Positions 26,803-39,865 of a stretch of 64,000 bases of DNA are shown piece after piece. Each line of letters opens with the position of its first letter. Within the stretch, counting starts at the first letter, position 1. The position numbers were made by a program, and so were the translations under genes. The stretch is from contig OX597823.1 in the NCBI GenBank assembly GCA_951406725.2, positions 39,804,001 to 39,868,000 of the forward strand, given 5' to 3'. Source of the stretch: Octopus vulgaris. Lineage: Eukaryota. The notes under the pieces were generated by a model. It did no database searches. It saw nothing but the letters and a program-made list of their open reading frames with translations, and had not been told where the DNA came from.

Positions 26803-27182
26803 GCCCAAATTTCTCGAACTAAGACGCCTCGGTTGACAAACGATGTCCTGAATAACGATCGTGAAAGTCGACAAACAATAGTTGATGTCAAGCTGGGAGT
26901 ATCAGCAGGAGAGCATCACTTGCTCGCTTTCGCTCAGTGCACATCCTAGCTCAAATTTACCGTGCCTTCTCTTGAATAGTTTCGGTTTACGAACATTTCC
27001 GATGACGAACAGCCTTCATGAACGAATTAAATTCGTAAACCGCGGTTCCATTATATATATAACCAATCCCATAAGATTGACCATTGAAAAGGTAATTACA
27101 CTGGTGGTGCTCCAGCATGGCCACTGCCTTAGGGCTGAAACGTAAAAAAAGAATAAAAGAATGTATGTATGTATGTATATGT

Positions 27183-27375
27183 GGAGGCACAATGGCCCAG
27201 TGGTTAGGGCAGCGGACTCGCGGTCGGAGGATCGCGGTATCGATTCCCAGACCGGCCGCTGTGTGTGTTTATTGAGGCTCCCTGTTGTACTCTTTCGCCA
27301 CAACTTTCTCTCACTCTCTCTTCCTGTTTCTTGAGTAACGCTGCGATGGGAAACCGGGCCCATGAGCTTGAAAAG
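27183..27375 (+). mobile_element. SINE family D (head and body)
   Basis: GGAGGCACAATGGCCCAGTGGTTAGGGCAGCGGACTCGCGGTCGGAGG..., same head as the 11310 copy. Confidence 0.8.
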
Positions 27376-27435
27376 GGCGCATAAATAAAAAACAAAATGT
27401 ATGTGTATATATATATATATATGTCATACATAAGA

Positions 27436-27499
<64 letters not shown>

Positions 27500-27854
27500 G
27501 GTGGGCTTCTTTCAGTTTCTGTCTACTAAATCCACACACACACAAAGCTATCAGAGGATAAGTTAGTGCTAGATAAAGTGTGCCTGAAAATAAAGAGGGG
27601 ATGGTCACAAATGGAATACTGCAAATCAGGGTTGTGTTGAAGTTAAATCATAACACATTACTGAAGTTAATCTGAAAACTCCGGATTAACTCTTATCATC
27701 GTCTTTGTCAATAAATAAAACCCGTAATTCACCTCCTGCTCCTGCTCCTTTCCCTCCCCCCCCTCCAAGACGTCTAGGTATTGTTGAGTTTTTGGGTTGT
27801 GGTGTGAGTAGAAACTATAGTTAGAGAGGTTAAGTACACAACGCTCACTGCAAA

Positions 27855-28100
27855 ACCACCACCACCACCACAGCAAGCACAACCACCAACAACTCTATCA
27901 CTACTACTACTACTACAAATACCGCCAACACCATCATCACCACCATCACCACCTTAATCACCGCTACCACCACCACCACCACTACCATCACCACTACCAA
28001 TCATCAATACCATCGCCATCACCATCATCGCCATCACCATCACTACTGTTACCGCCACCATTATCACCTGTACCACCGCTACCACCATCATCATCACTAC
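27855..28100. repeat. Compound CAC/CAT/TAC microsatellite
   Basis: Seen directly. Confidence 0.9.
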
Positions 28101-28848
28101 GCTAGTCATTGCGAGCTCTACCTCAACTTGTTGCAAACAAACAAATCAACAAACAAGCAAATATCAAATCTTAAGTTGACCTACATTAGTCATGCAGACA
28201 AGCGCGGGGTGGGTGGAAGAAGTAATAATACAAAATAATATCCCGGGACAGAGAGAGACGGGAGGGGAACAGGTAGAATGACTTTAACTAAAGACTTGAG
28301 CTTTTCAGCGCCTATTGTTTAGGATGTGTAATAATAATACTAATAAACCTAGAAAGAAACACCTTTTCCCTCAAAGTGCAACACTGTGTAAAAAAACACC
28401 GCAGGTACTACACACCGCCAGGTAAGTTGATAATATTTTTCATTCACCTTTTCTCATATATATATATATATATATATAAAGTGTGTATATATATATATAT
28501 ATATACACTTTATTTAAGAAGCTGACCCTCAAAGTCCTGTACCTCATGGAATATTTTCTTTCTTTTTTGCTTTTATACGATTCTGATTTTTTTTTTTTTT
28601 TTTTCAAAAATATATTACAAATCTGGCCCTTTGTTCCATATCCTTTGCCTTTCCTGTGCGGATATTGGACTTCGAGGGACAGCTATTCCGAAATTCCGAC
28701 CAAGTAGGCTTTCCTGGTTTAGTTTCTTCATAACTTTCTGAAAAATAGATATTTTTTAATATAATTTTCTGCAAAAAAAAAAAATATATATATATTTGTA
28801 GAAAGTTATGAGGAAACAAAGGCCGGGTAGCACACTTCTGTATATATG

Positions 28849-28887
<39 letters not shown>

Positions 28888-31559
28888 CTCACCCCACCTC
28901 ATCAACCTATCTACACATATGTTTATACGTTAAAATAGTTTATTGTTATCGTCTTAAGCTAAAGACAAAATCTGATACAGCATAAAACAAACTCAAACTT
29001 TTCCGACTGCAATTTTCACTATATTGGGTAATTCAATGGTTTTCTTTCCTTCTTTCTTTCTCACATAGCGACAAGAACACAATATTTATGCACACTCGCT
29101 CCTATGTGTGTGTGTGTGTATTTAAAGTTGGTGATGTTATTGTTAAAAATGTTTTATAGTCTCAGACGTATCACATTGTGTTTAAGTGTGCATATTTTTT
29201 GCATTTTTATGCACATATCGTGTGCTTCTTTTTAATGTTGGAAAGAAGAAAGGAATAGAAATAGCTGGAGAAACGCCACAAAAATAACTTGTGTGTGTAT
29301 ATTACAGGTAAAATATTAAATCATGAACATTTAGTATGCGTGTGTGTGTGTGTGTCTGTGCAATTATCGTTGAACAACGTATTATGTATTTTATCATTCT
29401 GCTCTATTGTCGATGTTAGGTAAATCTTCGTAATTTGTATTTTCTCTCTTATTGCTATTGTTGTTTGATTATTAATATCCTCTGTTCCTGATTACATTGC
29501 TAATGCTCTTAAGGACCCCCTAGTAAACTACATCTTTAGCTTCGTACCTTAATAAAGCCACTTTTTATTTCTTTTATTTTCCCACAATATTTTAGCTAAG
29601 AGAACCTACATTGGCCTTGTTAAATTAGGAATAAATGATATACTACTGACAGATGCTTATGGGAGATCGGTAATGATATGTTGAGACATTCATGCCTTTT
29701 CATAAAGTATATTTATTCAGTAAATGCTATTTACATGTTCACGTTAAGAAACATAGGACAGTTCTATTCAATTCACTTCTCTACCGGGAGGACCGTGTAG
29801 CAAGTCTAAAAACAAGCATTAGAGCAAATGGCAGTGCCCCAGCATGACCACAGCCTCTAGCTGACACCGACAATAGAATTACAGAACTGAATACCATGTC
29901 ATGGTTACCATTTGACATAACTTTACTCTTCTTAGATATTTGATACAGTTAAAAACTTTTGTTGACTTGACAAAATTGAATCCACTTTTTCGCAAGACGA
30001 AAATCAATCGACCACGCTACTGGCTGTTTAAATCTTTATCGATCTCAATAAGATGAAAGGGAAAGTCAATTTCGATAGCGTTTGACTAAAAAAATGTAAG
30101 GTACTAATTTCGATATGGTATTTTCAAATCTCTTTCATTTACGAAAAAAGGGATTGTACCAAGAATGGGAAGTATTTTTGCTAAGGGTTGTGGCCGGCAC
30201 AAATGATAAACAATCACTTGAAAGGTGACAGGGTAGAATTTAAAATGCTAAAATGTATCTTCATTTAATTTCTGATTTAGTGATCTACTTAACTGTTGCA
30301 AATTTCTCGTCTGGAAAGACCGTTTCTGCAATTTTTCGAACTTTATACATAAAAGATGGCTGACAAAATGAGACAAACTTTAAAGTTCTAAAATAGTGAA
30401 AGGTAAGCAAATAATAATCGGTACCAATCAACAATGCATTTGATTTAATGCATATATTACATGTGTGCGTGTGTGTATTATATATGTATGTTTGTATGTA
30501 CAACTCGTGTATATGTGGTGCTACTTTGGTCTGTGATCTACTCAAAGGGTGATTAGTTTAGGTTACTGTTTAGATTTTCAATTTCTAAAAACCCATAAGA
30601 TGTTCATGCATTTCTAGCAGATATTCACTCGGTTCACCTTTATATTTCATCTTTATTATCAAATTGTCATTCAACATTTTTATAAACCCTTTTGCACATA
30701 CTTAGCATTGTAAATGTATTTTTTCAAACTTCTTATTATTTAAAAAATAATGAAACCATGTTTCATTTATGTCTTAGTAAATGATAATAAGGAACCAAAA
30801 ATAAACAATATAATGATTAAGATAAGTGCATAGGTAACACAAGTTTGGCAGCTGTGAATTTTGCAACATAAAGTAGCCAAAATTTTATCATTTTCCCCTT
30901 TTCTTCGAGCATCCTTCATTTCTCCACCACCACAATGGCATAGTGCAACATATTTTCTTCATCATCTAAAAGGCCATTTCTTCGTAAAAATGCAACTACC
31001 TTCGTCTCATTGCTGATCACATTGTAAAAGTCTTTAACCAACATCTTAAGGGTTTTTAGAAATTGGAAAGTAAATTGAAAAGCAACCTAAAGTAATTGCA
31101 CTTTGTTGTAGATCACATGCCAAAGTAGCAGTGTATATGTTTATATACGTGTGTGTGTATGTATATATACATATGTATATGTATTCATGAGTGAATGCAA
31201 ATAGCTGTGGTAAGAGCATCAGGCTTACAATCGTGAGGCTGTGAGTTTGATTCCCAGACCGAGTTGTGTGTTGTGTTCTTGAGCAAGACACTTAATGTCA
31301 TGCTGCTTCAGTTCACTCAGCCGTAGAAATGAGTTGCAATGTCACTGGTGCCAGTTCTATTGGCATTTGTCTTTCGCTTGGACAACATTGGTGGTGTGGT
31401 GAGGGGAGGCTGGAATGCATGGGTGACTGATGGTCTTTCACAAACAGTCTTATCTGGACATGTACCTCAGAGGGGAACTTTCTAGATCATTTGTGACTGA
31501 AGGGGGTCTTCTATCTATTTGTGTATGTATGTGTATATGTATTGTTTTGATGAACTCAG

Positions 31560-33290
31560 AACTATTAATAGGAATGCCTTGTAGTTGGGTTTGTCTAAAT
31601 TAGGATTCCCTTAAAAGTTTGTAAATATTGGGAAAGCTCTTTGTAAAGGCATGAAAGCCTAAGTAAATTTTGGGGGCATGATGTCTTTGCCATTTGCAGT
31701 GTACAGTGGTGTGAAACAGGGAGACCTTGATGCACCTACTCTCTTTGCAATATATTTTGCTGCCATGCTTTCCAAGACAAAAATGAGATGTAAGATATTT
31801 TCACCATAGGAAGCGTCTTTAATTTAGCAGGGATGAAATTTATGGGCAATGCATCCATTTCTTTAATAAATGAATTATTATATTCTGATGACTGTGACCT
31901 TTTTAGTCATATGAAGCACGGATTGTAATCATTGATTTCTGCATTTAATGTGGCATGTAATATTTTTGGTTTGACTAGAAATTTAAAGAAAATGGTAGTT
32001 TCCCATCAATCTCCACCTAGTCAAGTTGTGTAGCAACCCAAAATATATGTGAAAGGTCATCTTAAAATTATTGAATCTTTCACATACCTCAGGAGTGCAG
32101 TAAATGAAGATGGAACATTTGATTCAGAAATTCCTCTAAAGATTCAAAAGACAGCAAAGTCTTTTGGTAGTTTAGAGTTTTGGGTTTGGCCACAAAAAAA
32201 TAACAACGAAGCAAAAATCTCTGTTTATAAATACTTTGTTGTTATTCTTCCTACTGTACTCCTCTGAAATTTGAACGTGTTACAAGCATTGCTTCTGACT
32301 CCTGATATGATTCCACTAAAAATGTATATGCTATATTCTGTAAATTAAATAGAATTCACTCACCTTTGACTCCGATGTACTAGCTGCATCCGGTATTTGT
32401 CCCATCCAGACGATAATTTTGGAAAATCAACTGCATTGGTCTAGACATATTGTCTGCATGGCTGACAAGCATACCCCTAAGCAATTCTTGTATTTAGGAA
32501 CTTGTTCAGGGAGAAAGGAAGCAAAGTGTATCAAAGAAAAGTTCCAATGATATATTGAAGAACTTGAAGATTGTAGGAATTGATCAAAAGAACCTGGAGA
32601 GTCTCACAGCAGATTCCTCTACATGGCATTCAAAAGTATGGGATGGTGTGGAAACCTTTGATCAACACAGGCTAATACAGGTAAATATTGATTTTAAATT
32701 TTGCCACAAGGCCAGCAGTTTGGGGAGAGAGCGTAAGTTGATTACATTGACCCCCAGTGCTCAACCGGTAATTGTTTCATTGACCCCAAAAGGATGAAAG
32801 GCAAAGTCAAACTTGGTGGAATTTGAACTCAGAACTTAAAGACATGAAATACCACTAAGCATTTTGCCTGGCATCCTAACAATTTCTACCAGTTCATCAC
32901 CTTAATACCAGTAAATATTGAGAGGAAATAAAAAAGGGAATATGAATTTGTTGGAATTTTTTCTACTTGTAAGTTTTGTTGCAAAGACTGCCTGTCTGAG
33001 ATGACTTTAAATGTCACATAAGAACTTTGTATAGATTATACAACATATCTATCAGTTAACACCAATGCCACAAATGCCACAAGATTTGCAAATCTTCTGG
33101 AGATATGAATAAGCATATCAGGATTCATCAAAATCAGACACCACATCCATTTCAATTTGCACAAAAACTAGGGTGCAATTTATGTGGACGTGTTCTTAAA
33201 AGTATGTCTAGTCTTAAAAAAAAACCCACTTAAGATCTCGTGCCAGAGCTGAATCTCATGTATACTGAGATGGTCAAGCTTTATATTGGG
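31560..33290 (+). mobile_element. Degenerate RTE-clade LINE (RT plus C-terminal C2H2-like fingers), interrupted by a SINE B
   Basis: GVKQGDLDAPTLFAIYF, ELLYSDDCDL, ESFTYLRS, NQLHWSRHIVCMADKH.PKQ and CxxC...H motifs at ~32970-33235. Confidence 0.8.
32690..32902 (-). mobile_element. SINE family B inserted in the RTE LINE
   Basis: Flanked by an imperfect direct repeat TAATACAGGTAAATATTGA / TAATACCAGTAAATATTGA. Confidence 0.8.
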
Positions 33291-33403
33291 CCATCATATA
33301 TGTATGTATATGTGTATCCATATGTGTATTTATGCATATGTATATATGTTTGTGTGTGTATATGTAATATCAATATTTATATATATATATCGCAATTTGA
33401 CTT

Positions 33404-33451
<48 letters not shown>

Positions 33452-33471
33452 GTGTGTGTGTGAGCAGATAA

Positions 33472-33503
<32 letters not shown>

Positions 33504-33680
33504 ATGTGTATTTGTATATATGTGTATGTATATATATATATGTATATGGATGTATGTGTATATATGTACATGTATGTGCATATATGTATATATGTATATG
33601 AATGCATGTGTATATATGTATATGAATGTATGTGTATATATATGTATGTATATGAATGTATATATATATATATATATATA

Positions 33681-33720
<40 letters not shown>

Positions 33721-33740
33721 TACATATATATATATATATA

Positions 33741-34230
33741 TCTCTTATTATAAAAGGCAGATTTTATCTGCCTCCCTTTGGGAGTTATACAAATCTACAA
33801 TATAGGATTTCTTCAATTACAATTTACCTTGCATTTTTGAGAGTACAATGCATCGCGTCATGCCAGGTCCAGTTTTTAAAATTTAAACTCCAGTTAAGCA
33901 AAATTTACAGAAAACTCACATTCTGGTGTGTGTGTCAAATGCTTTTCTTAGTCTGGTTTACAGCACACGCAAACGCACACACAGTGGGCAACGAATAAAA
34001 TGAAAGTAATTGACTTACTGTAGTGAGTGATTCTTTCACTCTGCCTCCCACTTCCTCTTTCCACACAGACACGCAAATATATAAATAAAATTGTAAGCTA
34101 ACGTGCGTGTGTGTCAGTGGGTGTGTGTGGGTGTGCGCGCGTGTGTGTGTGTGAGGGTGCGTGTGTGTGTGTGTGTGTGTGCGTGTGCGTGAGTGTGTGA
34201 CAGGAAAGTTTTTTTACGACGAATATAACA
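33741..34230 (+). mobile_element. Probable Helitron 5' portion
   Basis: A|TCTCTTATTATAAAAGGCAG start like the other Helitrons. No 3' CTAG end found. Confidence 0.4.
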
Positions 34231-34250
34231 CCTATATCCAAGTAGCAGAA

Positions 34251-34625
34251 AGATAAGACAGTAAGGTGTGATTTGAGGGAGATTTGGCTGCTATTTCTAC
34301 CATGTCTAGCTGCCATGTAGGGGTCTCCCTCATAGGCTCATACATACATATATACATAGATAAGACAGTAAGGTGTGATTTGGGGGAAATTTGGCTGCTA
34401 TTTCTACCAGGTCTAGCTGCCATGTAGGGGTCTCCCTCATAGGCTCATACATACATATATACATAGATAAGACAGTAAGGTGTGATTTGGGGGAAATTTG
34501 GCTGCTATTTCTACCAGGTCTAGCTACCATGTAGAGGTCCCCCTCATTGGCTCATATATATATACATACATAAGACAGTAAGGTGTGATTTGAGGGAGAT
34601 TTGGCTGCTGTTTCTACCAGGTCTG
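34251..34625. repeat. Tandem array of a ~98 bp unit (about 3.5 copies)
   Basis: GATAAGACAGTAAGGTGTGATTTG.GGGA.ATTTGGCTGCTATTTCTACCAGGTCTAGCT... recurs at ~34251, 34349, 34447 and 34570. Confidence 0.9.
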
Positions 34626-34989
34626 TTAGGCCTTCTCATGTAAACTCAAGCTTTCTCATGCCTTCAACATATGACCAAAGCAGAGAATGTATTCTTTTAT
34701 TCTTCTGCTTTTTCCAGCCATTGGTCTGTGGCCATGCTGGGGCAATGCCTTGAAGAATTGTAGTTTAATGAATCAACTCCAGTTTTATTTTTGTAAGCAT
34801 TGTACTTATTCTATCTGTTTCCTTTGTCAAACCACTAGGTGACAGGGATGTAAACAAACCAACATTCGTTGTCAAGCAGTGGTGGAGGACAATCACAAGC
34901 ACAGACACGCACACACACACACATACATGCATACACATATACACACATACATACATACATACATATATATATATGTGTGTATATATATA

Positions 34990-35248
34990 TTGCAGCGTGG
35001 AAGGTGTTTGTAAGCCATTTAAGAAACACACAAAAACCGTTACATTCACTTCAACATTTAAATTTAATTTGCCAAAATATTTTCGTCGCTTTCAGACCGC
35101 GACCTGTTCACTGACAAAAATATCGTGCTAACAGGTCGCGGTCTCAAAGCGACGAAAATATTTTCACAAATTAAATTTAAATGTTGAAGTGAATCTAACG
35201 GTTTTTGTGTGTTTCTTAAATGGCTTATAAACACCTTCAACGCTGCAA
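34990..35248. repeat. Fold-back inverted repeat (~119 bp arms, 21 nt spacer) in a (TA)n array
   Basis: 34990-35108 versus 35130-35248, about 6 mismatches by eye. Confidence 0.92.
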
Positions 35249-35412
35249 CTGTTTTCGTTCCAGCACACGATCTCAGATCAAGTCACTTGCTATGCAAGTA
35301 CATCTCTGTAACTATATATATATTTATATATATATATATATATGTATATTGGTAAAAACAGTAAGATAACAAAAGAAAGAAAGAGACCTCAATATTATGT
35401 AAATAGAGGAAA

Positions 35413-35807
35413 TCTTTATATATAAAAGTGAGGTTGTGTGTCTGTCTCCTACGATTTAGATTCCTAACTACTCCCACATTTTGCAGTGCAGTTTAACCAA
35501 AACCGGGTATCTTATAGTCGTGATTCATATCGAGACCGTCTGGGTATTAGCACGCGCGTCTACGATGAGTCTACGATTTAAAAAAAATTTACCATCAATT
35601 TTTCCCATTTTTAATCCATTTTTGACATATATAAGGAAGTAACTCTCTAAAATTTATTATTAAATCTCAGAACGTAAAAAGCTACAGTAACACCCCTCCC
35701 CCTTTGTGGTTAGCCATATTGAGATGGCTATTATACTTTACATCTCTAAAAATGCTTATATAATTATTTCCCTTACAAACCCGAGCAACGCCGGGCGATA
35801 CTGCTAG
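35413..35807 (+). mobile_element. Non-autonomous Helitron, family H3
   Basis: A|TCTTTATATATAAAAG start; CCCGAGCAACGCCGGG hairpin; CTGCTAG|T end. Confidence 0.8.
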
Positions 35808-35827
35808 TATATATATATATATATATA

Positions 35828-35985
35828 CACTACACTCATGAAGTGGTTGGCATTAGGAAGGGCATCAAGCTGTAGAAACACTGCCAGATCAGACTGGAGC
35901 CTGGTGCAGCATCCTGGCTTCCCAGACCCTGTTCGAACCGTCCAACCCGTGCTAGCAGGGAAAACGGACGTTAAATGATGATGAT
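35828..35985 (+). mobile_element. SINE-like family C (RTE 3' tail ending in (GAT)n)
   Basis: GTGGTTGGCATTAGGAAGGGCATC...GGAAAACGGACGTTAAATGATGATG. Confidence 0.8.
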
Positions 35986-36308
35986 ATGTATATGTATGTG
36001 TATATATGTATATGTATGTGTATACATATATATATATGTATGTATATAGAAGTGTGTATGTATATAAATATATATGTATATGTATGTATATATATATGTA
36101 TGTATCTGCGTATGTATATGTATGTATCTGTATATGTTTGTATCTGTATGTATTATGTATGTATCTGTATATGTATGTATATATATATATTTATGCATAT
36201 GTATATATGCATATATATACTTATGTATGTACATATGTATATATATGTATGTACATATGTATGTATGTACATACGTACATATGTATGTATATATGTATGT
36301 TCATATGT

Positions 36309-36673
36309 ATATATATATAAAAACGGCAAAATATCTATGTGTGTGTGTCCTTTATACAAATCCACAATTTTTCAGTTAGAGGGCTTGCGCTTTCTATGGT
36401 CATTTAAATCCATCCAAGGGTGGTCGTGCACATCTTTACATTTCCCCAGTCACCCCGCAAAGCCATTAAAAAATCAATAGAAGTGACTTTTTTGTGAATT
36501 TTCTATCCAAAACCCAATTAAAATGCCCGAAACTTGATACAGCAATTGAATGCCAGCTAGCTGTATGTGATTGATCGGAGATTTGGTCAGTACTCGCGTG
36601 TATGTGCGCACGCACGCAGCTGTATATGCATGTACTAGCACTATGACCTGGCTACACCAGGTCATAGTGCTAG
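36309..36673 (+). mobile_element. Helitron family H1, second copy
   Basis: Colinear with 927-1299. Terminal hairpin CTAGCACTATGACCTGG-CTACA-CCAGGTCATAGTGCTAG|T. Confidence 0.85.
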
Positions 36674-36708
<35 letters not shown>

Positions 36709-36797
36709 TTGTATATCTGTATATATATATGTGTGTGTCTGTGTATATATATATGTGTGTGTCTGTGTATATATAAATATGCGTGTGTGTGTGTACA

Positions 36798-36846
<49 letters not shown>

Positions 36847-37989
36847 ATATATATGTATATGTGTGTGCGCATTTGCAGACAGTCTGTATGACTCTGCGCA
36901 TTTTTGTGTTTTGCAAAGACGCACTATCATGTGTTTTGGCTTTCCAACGTGCACGCTTTTTTGATTTGAGAAATGCAGGGAATAATTAATGAGTTAGGAT
37001 CTCCATAGCTACATTCCTCAATGGTCCTGAATCCAATGCAGTCATTCTCCTTTGAAACAAATCTGCCATGCACATCTCCACAGCCAATTTCCTCTACAGC
37101 CATGTCATTTAGAACCCCTAGGATGGGTTAGTAATAGATAGGAATTAAAAGCTGCCTATTAAAGGCTCCTGAGCCCCCTTCAGTAAGGTTAGTCTAGGTT
37201 TTAGTTGAAGGCTTAGTTGTGTTCCGAACCTAACCTCCTCCGTTACTGTTGATCAGGAGCCCGATTAGCCTTGTGGTGAAAAGGCATACCTATTATTTAT
37301 ACCTTAGTTAACCTTGATGTCTTACGTGCTTCTATGTGTCATGAACTTATAACTATTGACCTCACTGTGTTACTTGCTTTAATGTGTCACACTCATAAAA
37401 TCACTTTGAATGTGGTTTTTTTGTGCTCTAATTGCTCTACCTTTTTGCCGGAATCAGCAATTTTCTTCCCACCATTGCTATTCACTCATAGGACGGGGGG
37501 GGGGGGGGTAGGTGAGGTGGGGGTTGGTGTCAAAAGGGCTGGCTTGTGCAACTTGATCACCTCTGCCAGTCAAACTCCCAACCCATGTGTTCCTGTTGCG
37601 ACACTGATTGCACAGAACTCAACAAACGAGATTTATGTGTATTTTCAAAATCATGCTATTTTAATACTATAATAATGAAATTATTGTATACAGTGTTCAG
37701 GTGCACCACAACTTGTCACAAGTGCGTATAAAGCATATGCAGTAATGTACAAATGTCTGGCGGCCAAATTCGAGTTTTTCACTTTTTTCTGCCTCCTTTT
37801 TTGTCTGACTAATGGCATGTGCACAGTCCCGCAAATTTTCCATGATTATGCCGTTCCAGGTGTGAAAACTGAAGTCCAATGAATATTAATTACTCTCATA
37901 AAAAGCTCCAACTAGCTCATAAACAACAAAACTGGCCCAGGCTGAAATGTGATAAGAAACTTAGCTCTTGATTTAGTGAGAAATTTTTA

Positions 37990-38054
37990 CTGTGACCCGG
38001 CAACGAACAACAAGCACTAGCACTAGACCCGGCAATGCTGGGTCATAGTGCTAG
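37990..38054 (+). mobile_element. Isolated Helitron 3' terminus (H1-like)
   Basis: GACCCGGCAATGCTGGGTCATAGTGCTAG|T. Confidence 0.6.
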
Positions 38055-38344
38055 TTTAAACTAATTAAATACTATTTTACAGAATAATAGAATTAAAATT
38101 TCTTTGATTAAAACCCTTTCTAACATGGAAGTATCCAAAGAGCATTTAAGGCACATAATGCTTTATGAGTACAAAAAGTGAAGTACTGTACAGTGGGTCT
38201 GAACTCATGACCATATGGTTGAGAAGCAAACTTCTTAACCTCATAGCTATGCCCCTGTCTATGTATATTCAAAAATGTTTCCTAAACTAAATAAAATATG
38301 AAAGTGTATTAGGTATAGGGTTGATATTGATTGACTCAAATAAA

Positions 38345-38555
38345 GTGTCGAGCTGGTAGAGTCATTAGTATGCTGGGTAGAATCATTAGCAATATTGCAT
38401 CTGTCTTTATGTTCTGAGTTCAAATTCTGCCAGGGTGGACTTTGCCTTTCATCCTTTCGGGGTTGATAAAATATGTACCTGTTGAACACTAAAGTCAATT
38501 TAATTAACTCATCCCCTCCCTCAAATCTGCTGGCTTTGTTCCAAAATTTGAAATT
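38345..38555 (+). mobile_element. Diverged SINE family B
   Basis: GAGTTCAAATT and GACTTTGCCTTTCATCCTTTCGGGG core. Confidence 0.7.
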
Positions 38556-38602
38556 AATATTGATAGTGCCACTACAGTGGTAAGTAATTATTGTCTAAAG
38601 TT

Positions 38603-38866
38603 CCAGTTCTCATTCCTAAGGTATATGGTGTAGTGGTTAAGAGCGCAGGCTACTGACCCCAAGATTCCGAGTTCGATTCCAGGCAGTGACCTGAATAATA
38701 ATAATAATAATATTAATAATAATATCGAAAAATTCCTTAGGAACGAGAACCCTGGTTCAAAATTTCCCCCAAGACACCTGATGAAGGCTGGAGGGTATAT
38801 CAGCCGAAACGTATTGTTAACAACAAACAAGATGGGGACAAATATCCGCCAAATGTAAATAATGTA
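38603..38866 (+). mobile_element. tRNA-headed, hammerhead-tailed short element (SINE/retrozyme-like)
   Basis: tRNA-like head 38620-38691 (TGGTGTAGTGG A box, GTTCGATTCC B box), (AAT)n spacer, inverted repeat 38606-38621/38735-38750, hammerhead 38773-38818. Confidence 0.7.
38773..38818 (+). ncRNA. Minimal hammerhead ribozyme motif
   Basis: GACAC-CTGATGA-A-GGCTG-(10 nt)-CAGCC-GAAA-CG-TA-TTGTT. Helix I is imperfect. Confidence 0.7.
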
Positions 38867-39636
38867 CGTAGAATTAAGCTTATTAAATTGAAAATCAATG
38901 GGAACTTCTGGAATGTAATTTATGTTTCATGTTAACTCATATGTCAATAATGGTTGTGAATTACCTTGCAGTATTTATTTGAATATTTTTAAACTCTCTC
39001 TCTCTCTCTCCCCTCTACCTCATTCTCTTTCTTTCTCACCTGTCTACTGTGTCTTTTTTACTATTCTACTGCTCTTCGTCCATATCATAATAGGTCATAC
39101 CCATCCCTTACCCAGTCTTTACAATTTTCTCCTACACTTCTCCACCTTCTTCATTACATCCACTCATCATAATATCATTCATAATATTCACTTTCTCACC
39201 CATTCCCCCATCTCTCACTCTCCCTTACTTCTTGCAACCTCGCCTACCTTGCTCTCAATTCCCCTACCACAGATCTCACATTACCTCCGTTTTATCTTTT
39301 CCCTACCCTAATCACCCCCTCCCCCCGCCACATTCTCTTCTCCAATGCATGTAGTCATATGTCATCTCTATGGCAAAAACTTATTCTGCCCCTTTTTCTC
39401 ATACTTTTGCTCCTCATTGCCTAGCATAAAGTTGCTCCTCATTGCCTAGCATAAAGTTGCTCCTCATAGAGTAGGGAGTATTACAATCTGCATGGCAACC
39501 TCACCAGTGCTGCTGCTAGGAAAAAAAGCACCCAGTACATGCTATAAAGTGGTTGGTGTTAGGAAGGGCACCCACCTGTAGAAACCATGCCAAAGTAGAT
39601 AGTGAAGCTTGATACGTCCTCTGACTTAGATCCTAT

Positions 39637-39865
39637 TTCTTTACTACCCACAAGGGGCTAAACACAGAGAGGACAAACAAGGACAGACAAACGGATTAAG
39701 TCGATTACATCGACTCCAGTGCGTAACTGGTACTTAATTTATCGACCCCGAAAGGATGAAAGGCAAAGTTGACCTCGGCGGAATTTGAACTCAGAATGTG
39801 ACGGCAGCCGAAATACTGCTAAGCATTCCGGCTGGCGTGCTAATGATTCTGCCAGCTCGCCACCC
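39637..39865 (-). mobile_element. SINE family B inserted into a family C copy (39490-39940)
   Basis: 20 bp TSD TCCTCTG(A/G)CTTAGATCCTAT at 39617-39636 and 39866-39885. Confidence 0.88.

Noticed and set aside
29235-29420. Alternative signal-peptide exon for the EGF-FN3 gene
   Set aside because: No ATG-initiated open frame reaches the donor in phase 1, whereas 47712-47787 fits cleanly.
34251-34625. CRISPR-like regular repeats
   Set aside because: The 'spacers' are themselves repeated, the context is eukaryotic and there are no cas genes.
38620-38691. Functional tRNA gene
   Set aside because: Acceptor and anticodon stems pair poorly, and it is embedded in a repeat-like element. The same applies to the SINE heads at 11240-11310 and 27183.
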